This document shows positions 50,950-64,000 of a stretch of 64,000 bases of DNA, piece after piece. The stretch spans positions 63,736,001 to 63,800,000 of the forward strand of contig NC_043002.1 in the NCBI RefSeq assembly GCF_006345805.1, read 5' to 3'. Both the position numbers and the translations under genes were made by a program. The stretch comes from Octopus sinensis (Eukaryota). The notes beneath the pieces are model-generated. The model did no database searches and was not told the origin of the DNA. It worked only from the letters and a program-made list of their open reading frames with translations. Position 1 is the first letter of the stretch. Every line of letters starts with the position of its first letter.

Positions 50950-52590
50950 GTTTATGGGGATCTTCTTCTGTCATATGCTGTGGTGTGTTGGGGGTGTGTG
51001 CTAGTGCTCCATTCCAGTTTCTTATTCAGGCTAGGTTTATCTTCTATTATGTGTGTAGCTTCCGTAATTTGTCTGATTGTTGCGTCTGTTCTGTGTGGAC
51101 AAGATTTTAACTTCGATGTTGTAAAGTGAGTCCCCGTGTTCCTGCTCGGCTTGTTGGTCCAGAACCGATGAGCTCTTATCCTTCCTTAAGTTCTCTCCAA
51201 TGGTCATTTACCCGCTCCCCTATGCTCCGTGCCGGTTCCCCTACGCATATCGTTGTCTTGTTACTGCATAGCCCCCCTATACATCTTATACTATATACTA
51301 CATTTCTGGCTTTACAGTTTGTTTGTGGGCTAAATCTACACACACTACAATTCCTATCCGTACAGGGGGTTCTACCGATTAGGGATTTGATAGGGTTTCC
51401 TGGTCTTTCATCAACTTTAATCCTTAGCTTAAGTTTCTCTAGGACCCTTCTAAAGCGGTACGCCAGTTCGCCTCTAGGGGTGGTGTCGACGAACATGACA
51501 CTCAGGTATTTGTGGATATCATGCCAAGAATTGGCCTTTCCTATTTTCTTCTTAGTCCTTTCAATAGTGTTCCATGACTTGCTCCTATAGAGTGGGCAAA
51601 TCCCATTCCTATCATTACATAAACTAGTATCAAATTTCTTTCATGGCTCCTTTGTATACTCTGATCCCTTCCTTATGGCTGTAACCTGAGAACTGTATGC
51701 GGTGAACGAAATGTTGCATGTTTCTCTTCAACTCTGTAGGCTCACACATGCGAGGCACATTTCATATTATTCTGACGAGGTCCGCCATCAAAATATTGAA
51801 TTTGGCATTGTCCGCGATAGCTGAGTTCCGATGGATCAAGTATTTGGAGGCCATAGGTTTAGCATAGTACGAATGAAGGATTCGGGTCTTATTATTCTGT
51901 TTCCAGCCAGAGTTCTGTGTCTAGTACTGGTAGTCTATGGTTAGGATGTTTAGTGAGGTAGTCTATCGTGATCTTAATACTCTGGTGGATGGAGTTAGCT
52001 ATTTGTTGGATTCTCTCCATAGTATTAGTTTCTATTTCTATTTCGAGAGTACTCTCTTGTGGGGGTACCTTTACCACTATGTTGAAATCATCAACATAGC
52101 GAGAGTATATGTTCAAGAGTATGGAGTTCTGTGTGAGGCGTTCCTTAAGCCTTCTGTCCCACCATACTATGAAAAGGTTGGCCACATCACCAGCGATACT
52201 GACGCCGATGGCTTCCCCCTCGTCCCGGTCATATATTTTGTTGTTAAACTTAAACGTGTGCCTTTTTAGGGTAACTATTATACTAGCTGCTAGTGCATGT
52301 GCGATCATTTTCTTTACCTGATGGACATTTGCAGGGGTCCGTATGGCTCTGGTCCATCCGCTCCATCTCTCTATATGGGCCGGATCTTCCTAGCCATAGA
52401 AGTAATTGTTGGGGGTCTACCTCTTAAACGTTTACTGGGGCAGAAACTACTAAGATCATGTTTATCTAGGTATTCATTGTCATATGTCAGTCTAAGTAGG
52501 AGGCCCAGTTCCTCTGTTTTGACATTGCGGAACTCCACCTCGCTCTCGTTGATCATCTCCATGCACTTTTCCACCGACATACATTGTACG
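50950..52590 (-). mobile_element. 5'-truncated, frameshifted Penelope-like element (Neptune-like Cys-rich linker): RT + GIY-YIG
   Basis: HTFKFNNKIYDRDEGEAIGVSIAGDVANLF...YSRYVDD...LPVLDTELW; MFVDTTPRGEL...PCTDRNCSVC...CKARNVVYSIRC...VGEPARSIGERVNDH; RQITEATHI...LNKKLEW. Confidence 0.88.
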
Positions 52591-53231
52591 AAATATTACA
52601 GTGATGTCAATTAGAAATCATAGAGAAATGTATTAATATATGCAGACAGATTGAGGAATATATTTCTAGATGTTTCATTTCTAAAAGTGAAATATATCAT
52701 CTGTTTCGATGCTGCATTACCCCATGCACGGAAAATAGGAAAATAGGAAAATGACTCTTCCCATTCAGGCTGCTACTCTACATAAAATTTGACTAGAGAT
52801 GAAATGTGCAGATTTAAATACAGAATGAATAAACAAAGCGAGGCCACCACTGCAAGTTTCTTTACTTCACGACGACGTAAAATGTTGTTATGAGATGCTG
52901 ATTGAAAAAGTGGCACCACCTGTAACAGTGAGCTACTAACAGCTTTTCAATATTTGCTGATGACATTTTGATCATCGCGAAAATCTCAGAGCAGCTCTCA
53001 GACCACAATGAAAAAAAGTGATGCCTAAAGTTCAAGTTTAGCATCAAGATAAATCTTATGAAATCAAAATATAGGAGCCCGAAAAAGCAAACCAAGATAG
53101 AAACATCTAGGAAGTGGTGAAATTCAAAGAGTTACCTGGGACAAACAGAAAATATATGCTCCGCCATGAATAATGAAATAGCGCGCAGAATAAGATAAAT
53201 CTAGAAACTATTTGCTGTGATTACAAGGAGG

Positions 53232-53490
53232 TGCAGGCGAGGCTATGTGGTAAGAGGCTTACTTCCCAACCACATGGTTCAGGGTTCTGTCTAACTGACG
53301 TGACACTTTGGACTAGTGCCTTCCGCTGTAGCTTCTACCGAGCAACCCCTTGCAAGTGGATTTGTTAAACCTGAAAGAAGCACGTGCAATATATAAATAA
53401 GACGTGGAGTCAATTTCTTCGACTAAAACCCTTTCTGGCGCTGCTAGAGCATGGCAACAGTCCGATGACTGAAATGTATGAAAGAAAAGA
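53232..53490 (+). mobile_element. Degraded, internally deleted SINE
   Basis: gtgcaggcgaggctatgtggtaagaggcttacttcccaaccacatggttcagggttc... to ...agcatggcaacagtccgatgactgaaatg. Confidence 0.7.
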
Positions 53491-53529
53491 ATAAAACTAA
53501 GCTAAGAGAAAAAGTGGACAAAAATCTGC

Positions 53530-53880
53530 ATGCTAGTCTATTTAAAAGTTTTCTTCTACAAACACTCATATACGCAGATGAAGCATTGTTTGATACGATG
53601 AAGGATAAAAATGACTAGAAACGACGCAGAGTAACTTAGATTCCCGCGACATAAATTTTTGCAGCAGAGAATCCGATAAAATTCGAGTAAAATGAGCAAC
53701 AAGTTCACGGATAACCAAAAGTATACACTCCGATGATCCAGATATGCCACAAGGGTTACTGACAACCTTGCGTGTAGTTGCCGGGGGTGGGGCTATAAAA
53801 GCGGCCGAAAGATTCTAACTGCAAGACTTTGAAGGGGATAAAAGGATGGCTTTATGCAAAAATATTGGAATCAAACAGAG
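53530..53880 (+). pseudogene. Possible decayed RTE-clade LINE 3' fragment
   Basis: LFKSFLLQTLIYADE...; YAT(G)RV-TDN pattern recalls RTE LP.LLYG.E...YAGHVAR.TDNRW; heavily degraded. Confidence 0.35.
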
Positions 53881-54120
53881 AAAAGGTTAAAACAAATGTG
53901 GAATGTCATTTTGTTAAGCGATGTTCCTGACTTCTGGTACTCGACTGCTGAAAGAGAGACAAGAATGACTCGCCTTCTTTTACCTGTCTTTCTGATTTTT
54001 GTTTCTCTCGTCTTCATACACATACATACATACATACAATCATACATATATACACACACACTCACACACATATGCAAAAATATATATTATATATATATAT
54101 ACATATATATATATACATAC

Positions 54121-54215
<95 letters not shown>

Positions 54216-54403
54216 TATATATATATAGAGGGTGGGATTTTTTCCTTTCTCTGATTTTTTCGTTGTTCGAATAAAAGTTCGTTTTATGTGGTTTTGTTTT
54301 TATGTTTTTGTTTCTCATTGTGTTCAACGTTGCTTTGATGCCCTGTACCCATATATGCATATATATATGAATGAATGAAATATATATATATATATATATA
54401 TAT

Positions 54404-55503
54404 AAAACTTAGATAAAACTTAGATATGTTTCGACCAGAGATTGGTCCAGGCCATGTCTAACTTAATAGCACCACCTGATAGGATTATTCGAATCCTGTT
54501 TAAGTCAAGTTTTGTTCAAGTAGTGAGTTCTTGTTGGGTGAGTTGTATCCAGTTTTGTTCAAGTAGTGAGTTCTGTTGGGTGAGTTGTATCCAATTATGG
54601 GTGGCTTGTCTGGTATTCTTTGAAGGAATCTATCCAGACTCTGTTTGAGTTGATGGGATCCTTTTCCTCTTTGATCTCCCTCGGGACAATGTTAAATAGG
54701 GCAGGGCCTGTTGAGGAAAAGAAATTATGTTGCAGTGTACATGTATGTTGTGATCTTGAATTTGGCAGGGGACGTATAGCCCGTGGTCCAAGTCTCGGAT
54801 GAACCTTGAAGCTAATGTTTAGGTCGTTTGGGCAAAGTTGGCGGTATATTTTCCACATCGTACAAATGATGTACCGCTCACGGCGACGCTGGAGGGAGTA
54901 AAGTTTCAAGGCTTTAAGGCGATCCCAATAGTCGAGAGCAGCCATGCCTTCAATTTGTTTAGTGAGAGCCCTCTGGGGTGACTCAATTCTGGAGATGTTT
55001 TGTCTTGTGTGAGGAGACCACAGTGGGCAGCAGTATTCAAGGTGTGGCCGTACAAAGGATGAAAAAAGTGGTATGATGACACCTTGTTCTCTGGACCGGA
55101 AAGTTCTTAAGATCCAGGAACTCAACCTACGAGCTGTATCGACCTTCTTATTGATGTGTGCGCTCCAACTGAGATCGTCATCAACAATTACACCCAGGTC
55201 TCTGATATTGTTAGAGGCTGTGAGCGGTTCCCCTGAAGGAAGAGAGTATGGTTGCTTTAGTGAGGAATTTCTTCCAAAATGCATCAGCTCAAATTTTCCC
55301 TCATTCAGTTGCATTTTGTTTCTGTCTGCCCATTGACTCACAGCATATAGGTCAGACTGGAGTTGAGTTCGGTCTGCTTCTTCATTGACGATTTGCTGGA
55401 GCTTAGTGTCATCAGCGAATATTTTCACTTTGCAGTGATGTACGACACTGGAAAGGTCGTTTACATAAATTATGAAGAGTAGCGGACCCAAAACAGTTCC
55501 CTG
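54404..55503 (-). mobile_element. 5'-truncated CR1/L2-like LINE (RT C-terminal half, 298-aa ORF 54595-55491) inserted in (TA)n
   Basis: QGTVLGPLLFIIYVND...FADDTKL...RDLGVIVD...RPHLEYCCPLWSP...YWDRLKALKLYSLQRRRERY; 3' end has stem-loops and 2x ATCTAAGTTTT; (TA)n on both sides. Confidence 0.93.
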
Positions 55504-56122
55504 TTATATATATATATGAAGTAAAATGAGCCTTGGGAAACCATGCGGTGAACACATCCAGAATCTCTTCGAGCATTAACACTCATAGAAACCAAGAATG
55601 ACCATAGTAAAACCATAGTTGTTTATATACGAAAAAAGGGAAAAAACGGAGGTACAATTAGTGGTACTATTATGACGTGTATTATTTAGATTGAGGTAGT
55701 TTCAACAGAATATATAAATTTAATCAGTGTGTAATGACGAAATGATACTTAGTTTTAAGGACATATATTTCTCACTTTCCGAGCGTTAAACTTTTTTTCT
55801 AAATTCTCACTATTATATAATGATTACTGATATATATCTTTAATAACTTAAAAGTTTTCTCTAACCAATATGATGTTGAAACGGCCGTAACCAAGGAATA
55901 TATGTGATACCAAGACCGCCAAATCTTGCTTGTCATATATATACTAAAATATAATCAAGCACAAATGCGTAACTATAAAAAACTACCAAACACCTACGAA
56001 GAACGCATAGCAGACATTTTTAATATATTGAGACGAAATATACTTAGACTTTTGCAGACAGACAAAACCATTGTGGCAATTCTAAGCGTGTAAATGTACA
56101 GAGTCTGCGATGGAATTAAACA

Positions 56123-56216
56123 TTACATTACTAAGCAGACGAGTATTACAGCTGAAGAGGCCAGATGTACCCGCAAGGAAGGTATTTGAGCCGCATTACT
56201 CCGTCTGCTAATGTAA
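56123..56216 (+). other. Fold-back enclosing a hammerhead half-site (CUGAAGA-GGC...GCC), GAAA missing
   Basis: ttacatt..agcagacgagta pairs with tactccgtctgct-aatgtaa; CTGAAGA at 56152-56158. Confidence 0.4.
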
Positions 56217-56334
56217 CTGTCTGATTCACTCTCTACATTTCACAAACAGATAACGCTTACTTACACACACATTGATACACACACACAGAGACACATATAT
56301 ACTACGACGCACAAATAATAATACGAAGAAGAAT

Positions 56335-56356
56335 GGTAGTAGTAGTAGTAGTAGTG

Positions 56357-56422
<66 letters not shown>

Positions 56423-56495
56423 ATGATAATAATAATAATAAGAAGAAACAGAATAAAAAGAAGAAGTAGAAGAATAAGAGGTAGAAAAAGAAGAA

Positions 56496-56530
<35 letters not shown>

Positions 56531-56625
56531 AGAAGAAACAGAAGAAGAAGAAGAAGAAGAAGAAGAAGAAGAAGAAGAAGAGAAGAAGAAGAAGAAGAAG
56601 AAGAAGAAGAAGAAGGAAAAGAAGA
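56335..56625. repeat. (TAG)n, (AAT)n and (GAA)n compound microsatellite
   Basis: Direct reading. Confidence 0.95.
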
Positions 56626-56649
56626 ATGATAATTATTACAATTATAATA

Positions 56650-57255
56650 TCATTATCTCAACAGGCATAATAGGCGCAATAATTTCACCGAGTAATTTGC
56701 AAAAACCTGGACCTGCCACAAACCACTATGCAGTGCTTGAAAATGGTCACATCTCACTCCGCTTGAATTTCACCATTCGAATTGACACAAAGATAGATGT
56801 GAATAGCCCAGACATTTTATAGTAAGACTTAAAACAAAAAATCATGCCTCCTCATTGATATGACTGTCCCAATCGATATAAACGTATACGTCAAGACCTA
56901 CCAATACTCAGATAGTATAAAGATCGTGAAATAGAAATTGGCAAAATATGGAACCTGAGGACTAAAACAATACTCGTTTTCATAGGTGCCCTAGGAATGA
57001 TAGCATAAGGGGCTAATGTGTATCTAGCACAGATACCAGGAAACCTCAAAATGGCAGAAATTGAAAATATAGTGTTCATAGGAAATGCCCATATCCTACG
57101 TAAAATACTGTCTATGTAATCCCAAATTTTAAAACAAACTCTTAATTTACTTATGGTTTCTGAAACATTCTCTAGAACGATTCTATGTACAAAATACATG
57201 ATACCCTGGTCATAACACCAACATGAACTTCTAACTTGTTGTCTCTTGACGCTAT
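56650..57255 (+). pseudogene. R4/Dong-like LINE 3' end (REL endonuclease and 3' UTR)
   Basis: VLENGHISL..FTIRIDTKIDVNSPDI...CLLIDMTVPIDINV...YKDREIEIGKIWNLRTKTILVFIGALGMI...GNAHILRKILSM*. Confidence 0.8.
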
Positions 57256-57639
57256 CGTGATATGAAATCACCTTGTCGCACATATATGGTTGTGATGCAT
57301 GTACCCGATGTGCTCCTATCAGACGGTTAGTCATGGTGGGTATACTGGACCTCGTATATTTGTACACCAGTGTCATTCTGACGGTATGCGCTGCACTCTC
57401 ACTCGCTAATAATAATATTAATTATTATTATTATTATTATTAGTATTAGTATTATTAATACTACTACTACTACTAATAATAATAATAATAATAATAGTAA
57501 AAATAATAATAATGATGATGATAATGATGATGATGATGGTGGTGGTGATGATTACGACGACGAAGATGATGATGATGATGATGGTAATAAATACCCTGAT
57601 GCAGTACCAGGTACTGCCTGACGATATATGCATCACTCC

Positions 57640-57975
57640 TCAGGTGAAGAAATTGAGGTGGAGCGTCAGAGCCATGTGTTGATAGGAAATCTTTGGTGTT
57701 TTGGATAATTTACATTTGGAAACATGGGTGTTTCGTTCATCATCCTTAAACACCCCTTATGCAAGGACCACTTCAGCGGGATTGGTTACACCACCCGAAG
57801 AAGATTCTAACTGGGTCTCACCTGGCCATGCGCTGTTTATCTTGATATGAGATATCTATGTCGTGCATATATGGTTGTGATTTATGTAACTCGTGTACCC
57901 TTATCCGACGGGTAGTCATGATGGATATACTGGGCTTCGTATATTTTACCCCAGTGTCACTTTAATAGTATGCAC
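57640..57975. repeat. Interspersed repeat; a partial second copy at ~57265-57405
   Basis: catatatggttgtgat...tccgacgggtagtcatgatggatatactgggcttcgtatattttaccccagtgtcac recurs in diverged form at 57280-57400. Confidence 0.7.
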
Positions 57976-58074
57976 TGATCTCTCTATAATGAAAAGAATA
58001 ATAATGATAATTATTATTATTACTTTGCCCGGGAGAAAGCATATGGTTGCCAAGTGGCGAAATGATGAAGGCAA

Positions 58075-58440
58075 TTCAACCCCAATCCCGCTATAAATAC
58101 CTGGGGGCAGATGGAAGCAAACACCATAAAATGAAGTAAATGAAGTAAATGACAAAAGAGAGTACCTACGGCGTGTGAGGAAAATATTGGCTTCAAAGCT
58201 GAATCCCAGAAACATGATGTCGGCAATAAACTAGCACTAGTCGCAGCAGTTAGGCTTGGTGCTGGAATTCTGAAGTGGACAGAGGAGGACATAAAGGAGA
58301 TGGACTTCAAGAAATCTCCTAACGATGCACGGAGCCCATCATCCACGTGCAGACACTGATCGCCTGTACATGAGGGGAGCAAATGGAGGAAGGGGACTGA
58401 TGAATATGGAAGGCTTCGTGCTTATCGAGATACGTGGCCT
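58075..58440 (+). pseudogene. R4/Dong-like LINE fragment (RT end and post-RT region)
   Basis: YKYLG...KEYLRRVRKILASKLNPRNMMSAIN...GAGILKWTEEDIKEMD...TMHGAHHPRADTDRLYMRGANGGRGLM. Confidence 0.8.
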
Positions 58441-59365
58441 GAAGTATGGAAACCCTGCTAGTGACAAAGAAGAGGTAGTAAAATGGTATGAAGAATATTA
58501 CGCAAGAAGGGACTACACTATATATTCCATGTAGGTTGGATTGGCTGATGATTGGGTTTTTTTTACCTGAGTCAAGTTCAGAAGTCGGGAAGTTAGACTT
58601 GAGATGGTTCCATCTGGTTGTCCACCCACCACCGCCAAATCTAAGCTAAGATCATTAGACCCCTTTGAAATATAACTAGTGAATGTGTACAGCAAAAAAG
58701 AAAATAAAACAAACAAAAACAGAGAACATGTTACACAAATTATATATATATATACATACGTGCCTGTGTGTGTGTATGAGTGTACATAGTTAAATTTTTG
58801 TCTGTCCTTGTGTGAGCATGGAGGCGTATGTAAATGAACAGTTAAATGCATCAACTTTTATAACGAATGATTTCACAGTGACTTAGAATATTTGCTTTGC
58901 TTCTTTTTCTTTACTTTCACTTTCAAAAAAGCATTTGTTTTAATTTTAAATGCCATTTATATTTATCGTGACACAAGTATGCACGTATGTGTACATATTG
59001 TTCGTACGAAAATATACACAATAGAAGAATTAGAATACTATCTGTAAAATGAAAGCCCTCAACTATATTTGGGATTCAGATTCTATATTTAACCAACATG
59101 TCTGCTTGTATTACATAGACACAAGAGATTCTGACACACAAAATAGGGGTTTACACAACCTTGTATGCAAATACATATTTATATAGATATTGATATACAT
59201 ACACATTATATATATATATATATATGTATATATACGGAGATATGTATATATATATATATATATATATATGAATATATACATATACTTTGAAACACATACA
59301 CACACTTCTATCTATCTATCAAAATAACCATGTGTGTGTATGTGTGTGTGTCGTTCTGTGTGTGG

Positions 59366-59413
<48 letters not shown>

Positions 59414-59779
59414 CTGTAATACTGCCGTACTCACTCCTTGTCCTTCACTTACATACGATCACTGCTTCAGAATGTCTGTAAGGCTTTAGTTTCGGAAAAT
59501 TTAACCTTTTAATTTGACTGCCCGATTAGTCTTGTAGAAGTATTTTGACATTTATCACTCTCACGATTCCATAGATTCATTGTTACTAAATTGCTGTACC
59601 GATATATCTTCCACATTATCTTTACTGTATGAATACCATTAAAGATTGCTAAATTGTTCAATATACAGAACATCTGCGTGAGCGAGAGTGGTGCGCGTGT
59701 ATATGTGTGTGAGTATTTACTGACATGTAGTTGAATATATAGTTACACGCACACACTCACACACACACACACACACATA

Positions 59780-59825
<46 letters not shown>

Positions 59826-59826
59826 T

Positions 59827-59870
<44 letters not shown>

Positions 59871-59873
<3 letters not shown>

Positions 59874-60178
59874 ACGTATTTGCGTGCGTGAATAATAGGA
59901 TTGGTGTATATGCACATACATGTATGCATATTAGCATGTCTATATGTCTATATGTAACTACCTATCTAGCTATCTGGCTATATATATAAGTGTGTGGGGG
60001 GATCTGTGTGTGTTTGCTTATATATATATAAACACGTATTTGCGTGCGTGAATAATAGGATTGGTGTATATGCACATACATGTATGATATTAGCATGTCT
60101 ATATGTCTATATGTAACTACCTATCTAGCTATCTGGCTATATATATAAGTGTGTGGGGGGATCTGTGTGTGTTGCTTT
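59871..60178. repeat. Tandem duplication, ~160-bp period, 2 copies
   Basis: aacacgtatttgcgtgcgtgaataatagg... starts at 59871 and 60031; the copies differ mainly by 1-bp indels. Confidence 0.9.
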
Positions 60179-60742
60179 ATATATATAATATATATATGCA
60201 TACACACCACACACACATATATATATATATGAATATATAGATAGATATACTTACATTTACAGACATATATATGTTGTGATATATTCACAGACAGTATTAA
60301 TTATGCGATTCTCGAAGGCGTACAAAAGAAGCAGAGTTGCTCCCCGTTGACATATAAAACTGTGTAGGCATATTACTTTATTTCACTTGGCATTATTCTG
60401 ACTTGATCTCTCGTGAAAGGCCATCCTCAAATGATTATAGTTTAATAGGTCTCATCCATATATAACATTTTTTATTCCTGCTTTTTTTTATTCTTGTTTT
60501 CCTAATTTACGTCTTCCTCTAGTTTTGAAGCATTTATTACTAATCTAACGAATGTACAATTAACATTTCCATAGCTATTCAAGCGATTATATAGCTTATA
60601 TGAAAAAGATCATCATATGATATACATGCAGAAGTGAACGCTTGGAAATCTACAAATATATACGTTAATTTATATGTATTTCTGTATGTATGCATGTATG
60701 TATGTATATTATATATATATATATATGTGTGGTGTGTATATA

Positions 60743-60784
<42 letters not shown>

Positions 60785-60895
60785 TATATATATATATATA
60801 TAGTATATATATATATACATATGTATCTATATATATATATTGTATATATTTTCTCATATATATGTACGTATGTATATATATATATATATACCTAT

Positions 60896-60926
<31 letters not shown>

Positions 60927-62654
60927 ATATATATATATATTATAATAATAATATATATATATATATTATATATATACATATTATGTTTGTGGTAAATAAA
61001 ATAATATGTTTCTCTATTGAGACTTTTTCAACTGTAAGTATCGAAAGCAATAAATTGGGAAAAATTAAATGAAAATTTTTGAAAAGAATATTTGCATAGT
61101 ATTCAAATACAAGAGGCATTTTCCTTGTTTCTGCCTGTCTCTGTCTCTCTTGTTTATTCTTGTGGGTTCGAGGTCGTTGTGAATTATTTTCCGTGAAAAT
61201 CATGTTATATTAATTTTTGTCTCACCTATATTACTATAAATGATACCAATTTTTATTTGGTTCCTGTTTCGTCTCTATGAAAATATGCATAAAAATGTAA
61301 ACAACTATTTCGATATACACTAACAAAAAAAAAAACCCTTTTTATTAATAAATGGTGCTTAATCTGATTATATATCGCATAGTCACGTAAGTAATTCTTT
61401 TATCTAGACATTTTTACTCGTATAGCATTTATTTCTAAATCTTCTTCGGATTATATCAAACTGGAGCTAGATAATTACGACATATAACACCTAATTTTTG
61501 TCTATGAAAATTACACATATTATTTACAAGGAATATTAAAATTATAAACTTTATAGACCAGAAATTCTTCTTTAATACAGTACTAACTTCCAATTTTTTG
61601 AAAATCTTAATTCGAAAGGAGAATTGACGATTAAGTAATAACTACATGATGTTGAAAATGCTTATACCTCCTTATTTGGTATTTCATAACACACATACAA
61701 ATATAGCTTGGCCAGTATAAAAAAATTAAGGTGGTTTAAATAGAAATATGTACTGCATTTCGTAGAGGGGCTGTCAGATTTACTATTACATATAATATCA
61801 CCTACTTAATATATATTTTTTAGTCTAGATTCAAACAAATGGTCCTGGAAGAACGAATATATAAATCCGAAAATGATAACTGAGAAATCATGCATGTACA
61901 TTAAACGCCTCTTTTCGTTTTTTTTTTTATTAGCTACGGACGAGTAGAAATATGACTATTATGATTTTCTGTATCTGAGTCCATTTGTATGAAACAATCG
62001 TAGAGCAACAAGAAAAATAAAGACTATAGACTGTATTCTAACACCCAATCTCCTCCATTACATAAATATGAATGAATTTTCTGAACTTTGTTTAATAAGT
62101 TAAGTCATATACTGATTATTTCTATACAAATTTTTATACCTATACGAATTTATATAAGAAAATTCGAAACTAATGTATGAAGAAAAGACTTTAGAAATCT
62201 TAGGAAACATTTTCAATTAAAGGATGACCATATATTCAGCCAGCAATATATATATATATATATATATAATGTATATTATGTATGTGTGACTGTCTATATG
62301 TCTGTATGTATCTATGTATGTATGTGTACACACACGCATGTATGTATGTAACTGCGTGTATTCAACTCTCACTGCACACGTGCGTATGTGTCCTTGTGTG
62401 TACTGTAAAAGAATGGAAATTTAAGATACATGATACCATCTGTTACCCAGAGTTAAGTGTGAAATTTTAGGTGCAGTTTACCTGAATTCAAGTATATCTA
62501 CTTAAATTTTTTTTGTCCTTCTTTGAATGAAGTATTTAACTTCTCAATATGCTTGCAGCATCTTCATGTATGAACAAATATACATATGCATATAATACAT
62601 ATGCACACATATACTCACACAAACGCAACAAGCACAGGCACACGCATACACACT

Positions 62655-62706
<52 letters not shown>

Positions 62707-63432
62707 CATATAATATATATATATATATAGATATATATATATATATATACATATATAGATATACATTAACATAAGTGTAATATGCATTCATGCATTTATA
62801 TATCAAAGTTAATATATATATATGTATATACACCAAAATATAAATACCTGCACATACACATCTACCTCACTATATGTAGATGTATGTGTGTATGTATGCA
62901 TAAAACTGTATCTGCAATGTATGCATAAAATATAGCATAAAAACTCAGAGACTTAGAATTATTTTCATATACACATAATGCCAGTAAGCCAGATGCGCCA
63001 AAAAAATGTTCCGAAAGAAATCATTCTATAAACGGTTTAGTTTCGACTCCGTTATTCCAGCTATTTTATTTTGGATAAATATCAATAATCTATTTCTATT
63101 TCTAAAGTTTTCTACGTATTATTTATTTATTGTTTGAATATTTGTTCTATCTATATATGCGTGAATGCTGCCCTATGTATACGTGAATGTGTGTTTGGAC
63201 ATAAAATGTTTTGACTTTTTCATTGTTTCATATGCGTTTATAATGAATGCAAAGTTTACATTATATTCAATCATTCACCCTCAATATTTTCGTCTAACAC
63301 TACACTATATCTGTCCTCTTTCTATGCCATTCATTCTATATACACGCATACATACAAAGACAGACATACACACATATACATATACATATGTATGTATGTA
63401 CGGATGTCTCTGTATTGCATACACGCATACAC

Positions 63433-63464
<32 letters not shown>

Positions 63465-63652
63465 TTACATATATTTATGCGTATACGTATCTTTATATGG
63501 GAGTACTTATGGGACTATCTATATCTGTGAGCATATATGTGAGTGTATGTGGGTGTACTTGTGTGTGGGTATGGGTGTATGTATTAATATAAAAAACAAG
63601 GCATAAAAATTTTCGACAATCGATGACATCTGATCGCAGCTGCAATGTGCTC

Positions 63653-63757
<105 letters not shown>

Positions 63758-63851
63758 TGTATGTATACATGCATTACATATATACATGGATATATATATA
63801 CACGTGTGCTTACACGTACAAATAGAAATATATTTATATATATATGTATAT

Positions 63852-63920
<69 letters not shown>

Positions 63921-64000
63921 AAGAGAGAGAGATAGATAGATAGATGGAGAAAATTTATACGTTTATTTCGACTGAAAAAGAATCAGCGCATGTATTTATG

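Overview
Repeat-dense, AT-rich animal genomic DNA, probably intronic or intergenic. The microsatellite load and SINE families resemble cephalopod (octopus-like) repeats as I recall them; this is an inference, not a database match. There is no intact host gene, rRNA, tRNA or CRISPR. Most short ORFs in the supplied track are translated microsatellites. Recognisable content: a near-complete, frameshifted Tx1/L1-clade LINE plus a second truncated copy, both bounded by (TATC)n tracts; Penelope-like element (PLE) fragments of two types; CR1/L2-like, RTE and R4/Dong-like LINE fragments; mariner relics; several MITE or fold-back elements; many SINEs; and a few candidate exons of an unidentified + strand gene. 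The main discovery is a set of type I hammerhead ribozymes (HHRs). A ~2-kb tandem array of ~535-bp non-coding units (19429-21407), nested in a SINE, carries one HHR per unit (3 intact cores, 1 point-mutated), which is the architecture of a retrozyme / circular-RNA-producing element. A second, unrelated intact HHR lies on the minus strand at 14822-14948, and decayed HHRs mark the PLE termini. Folds were worked out by eye; many element boundaries are approximate.
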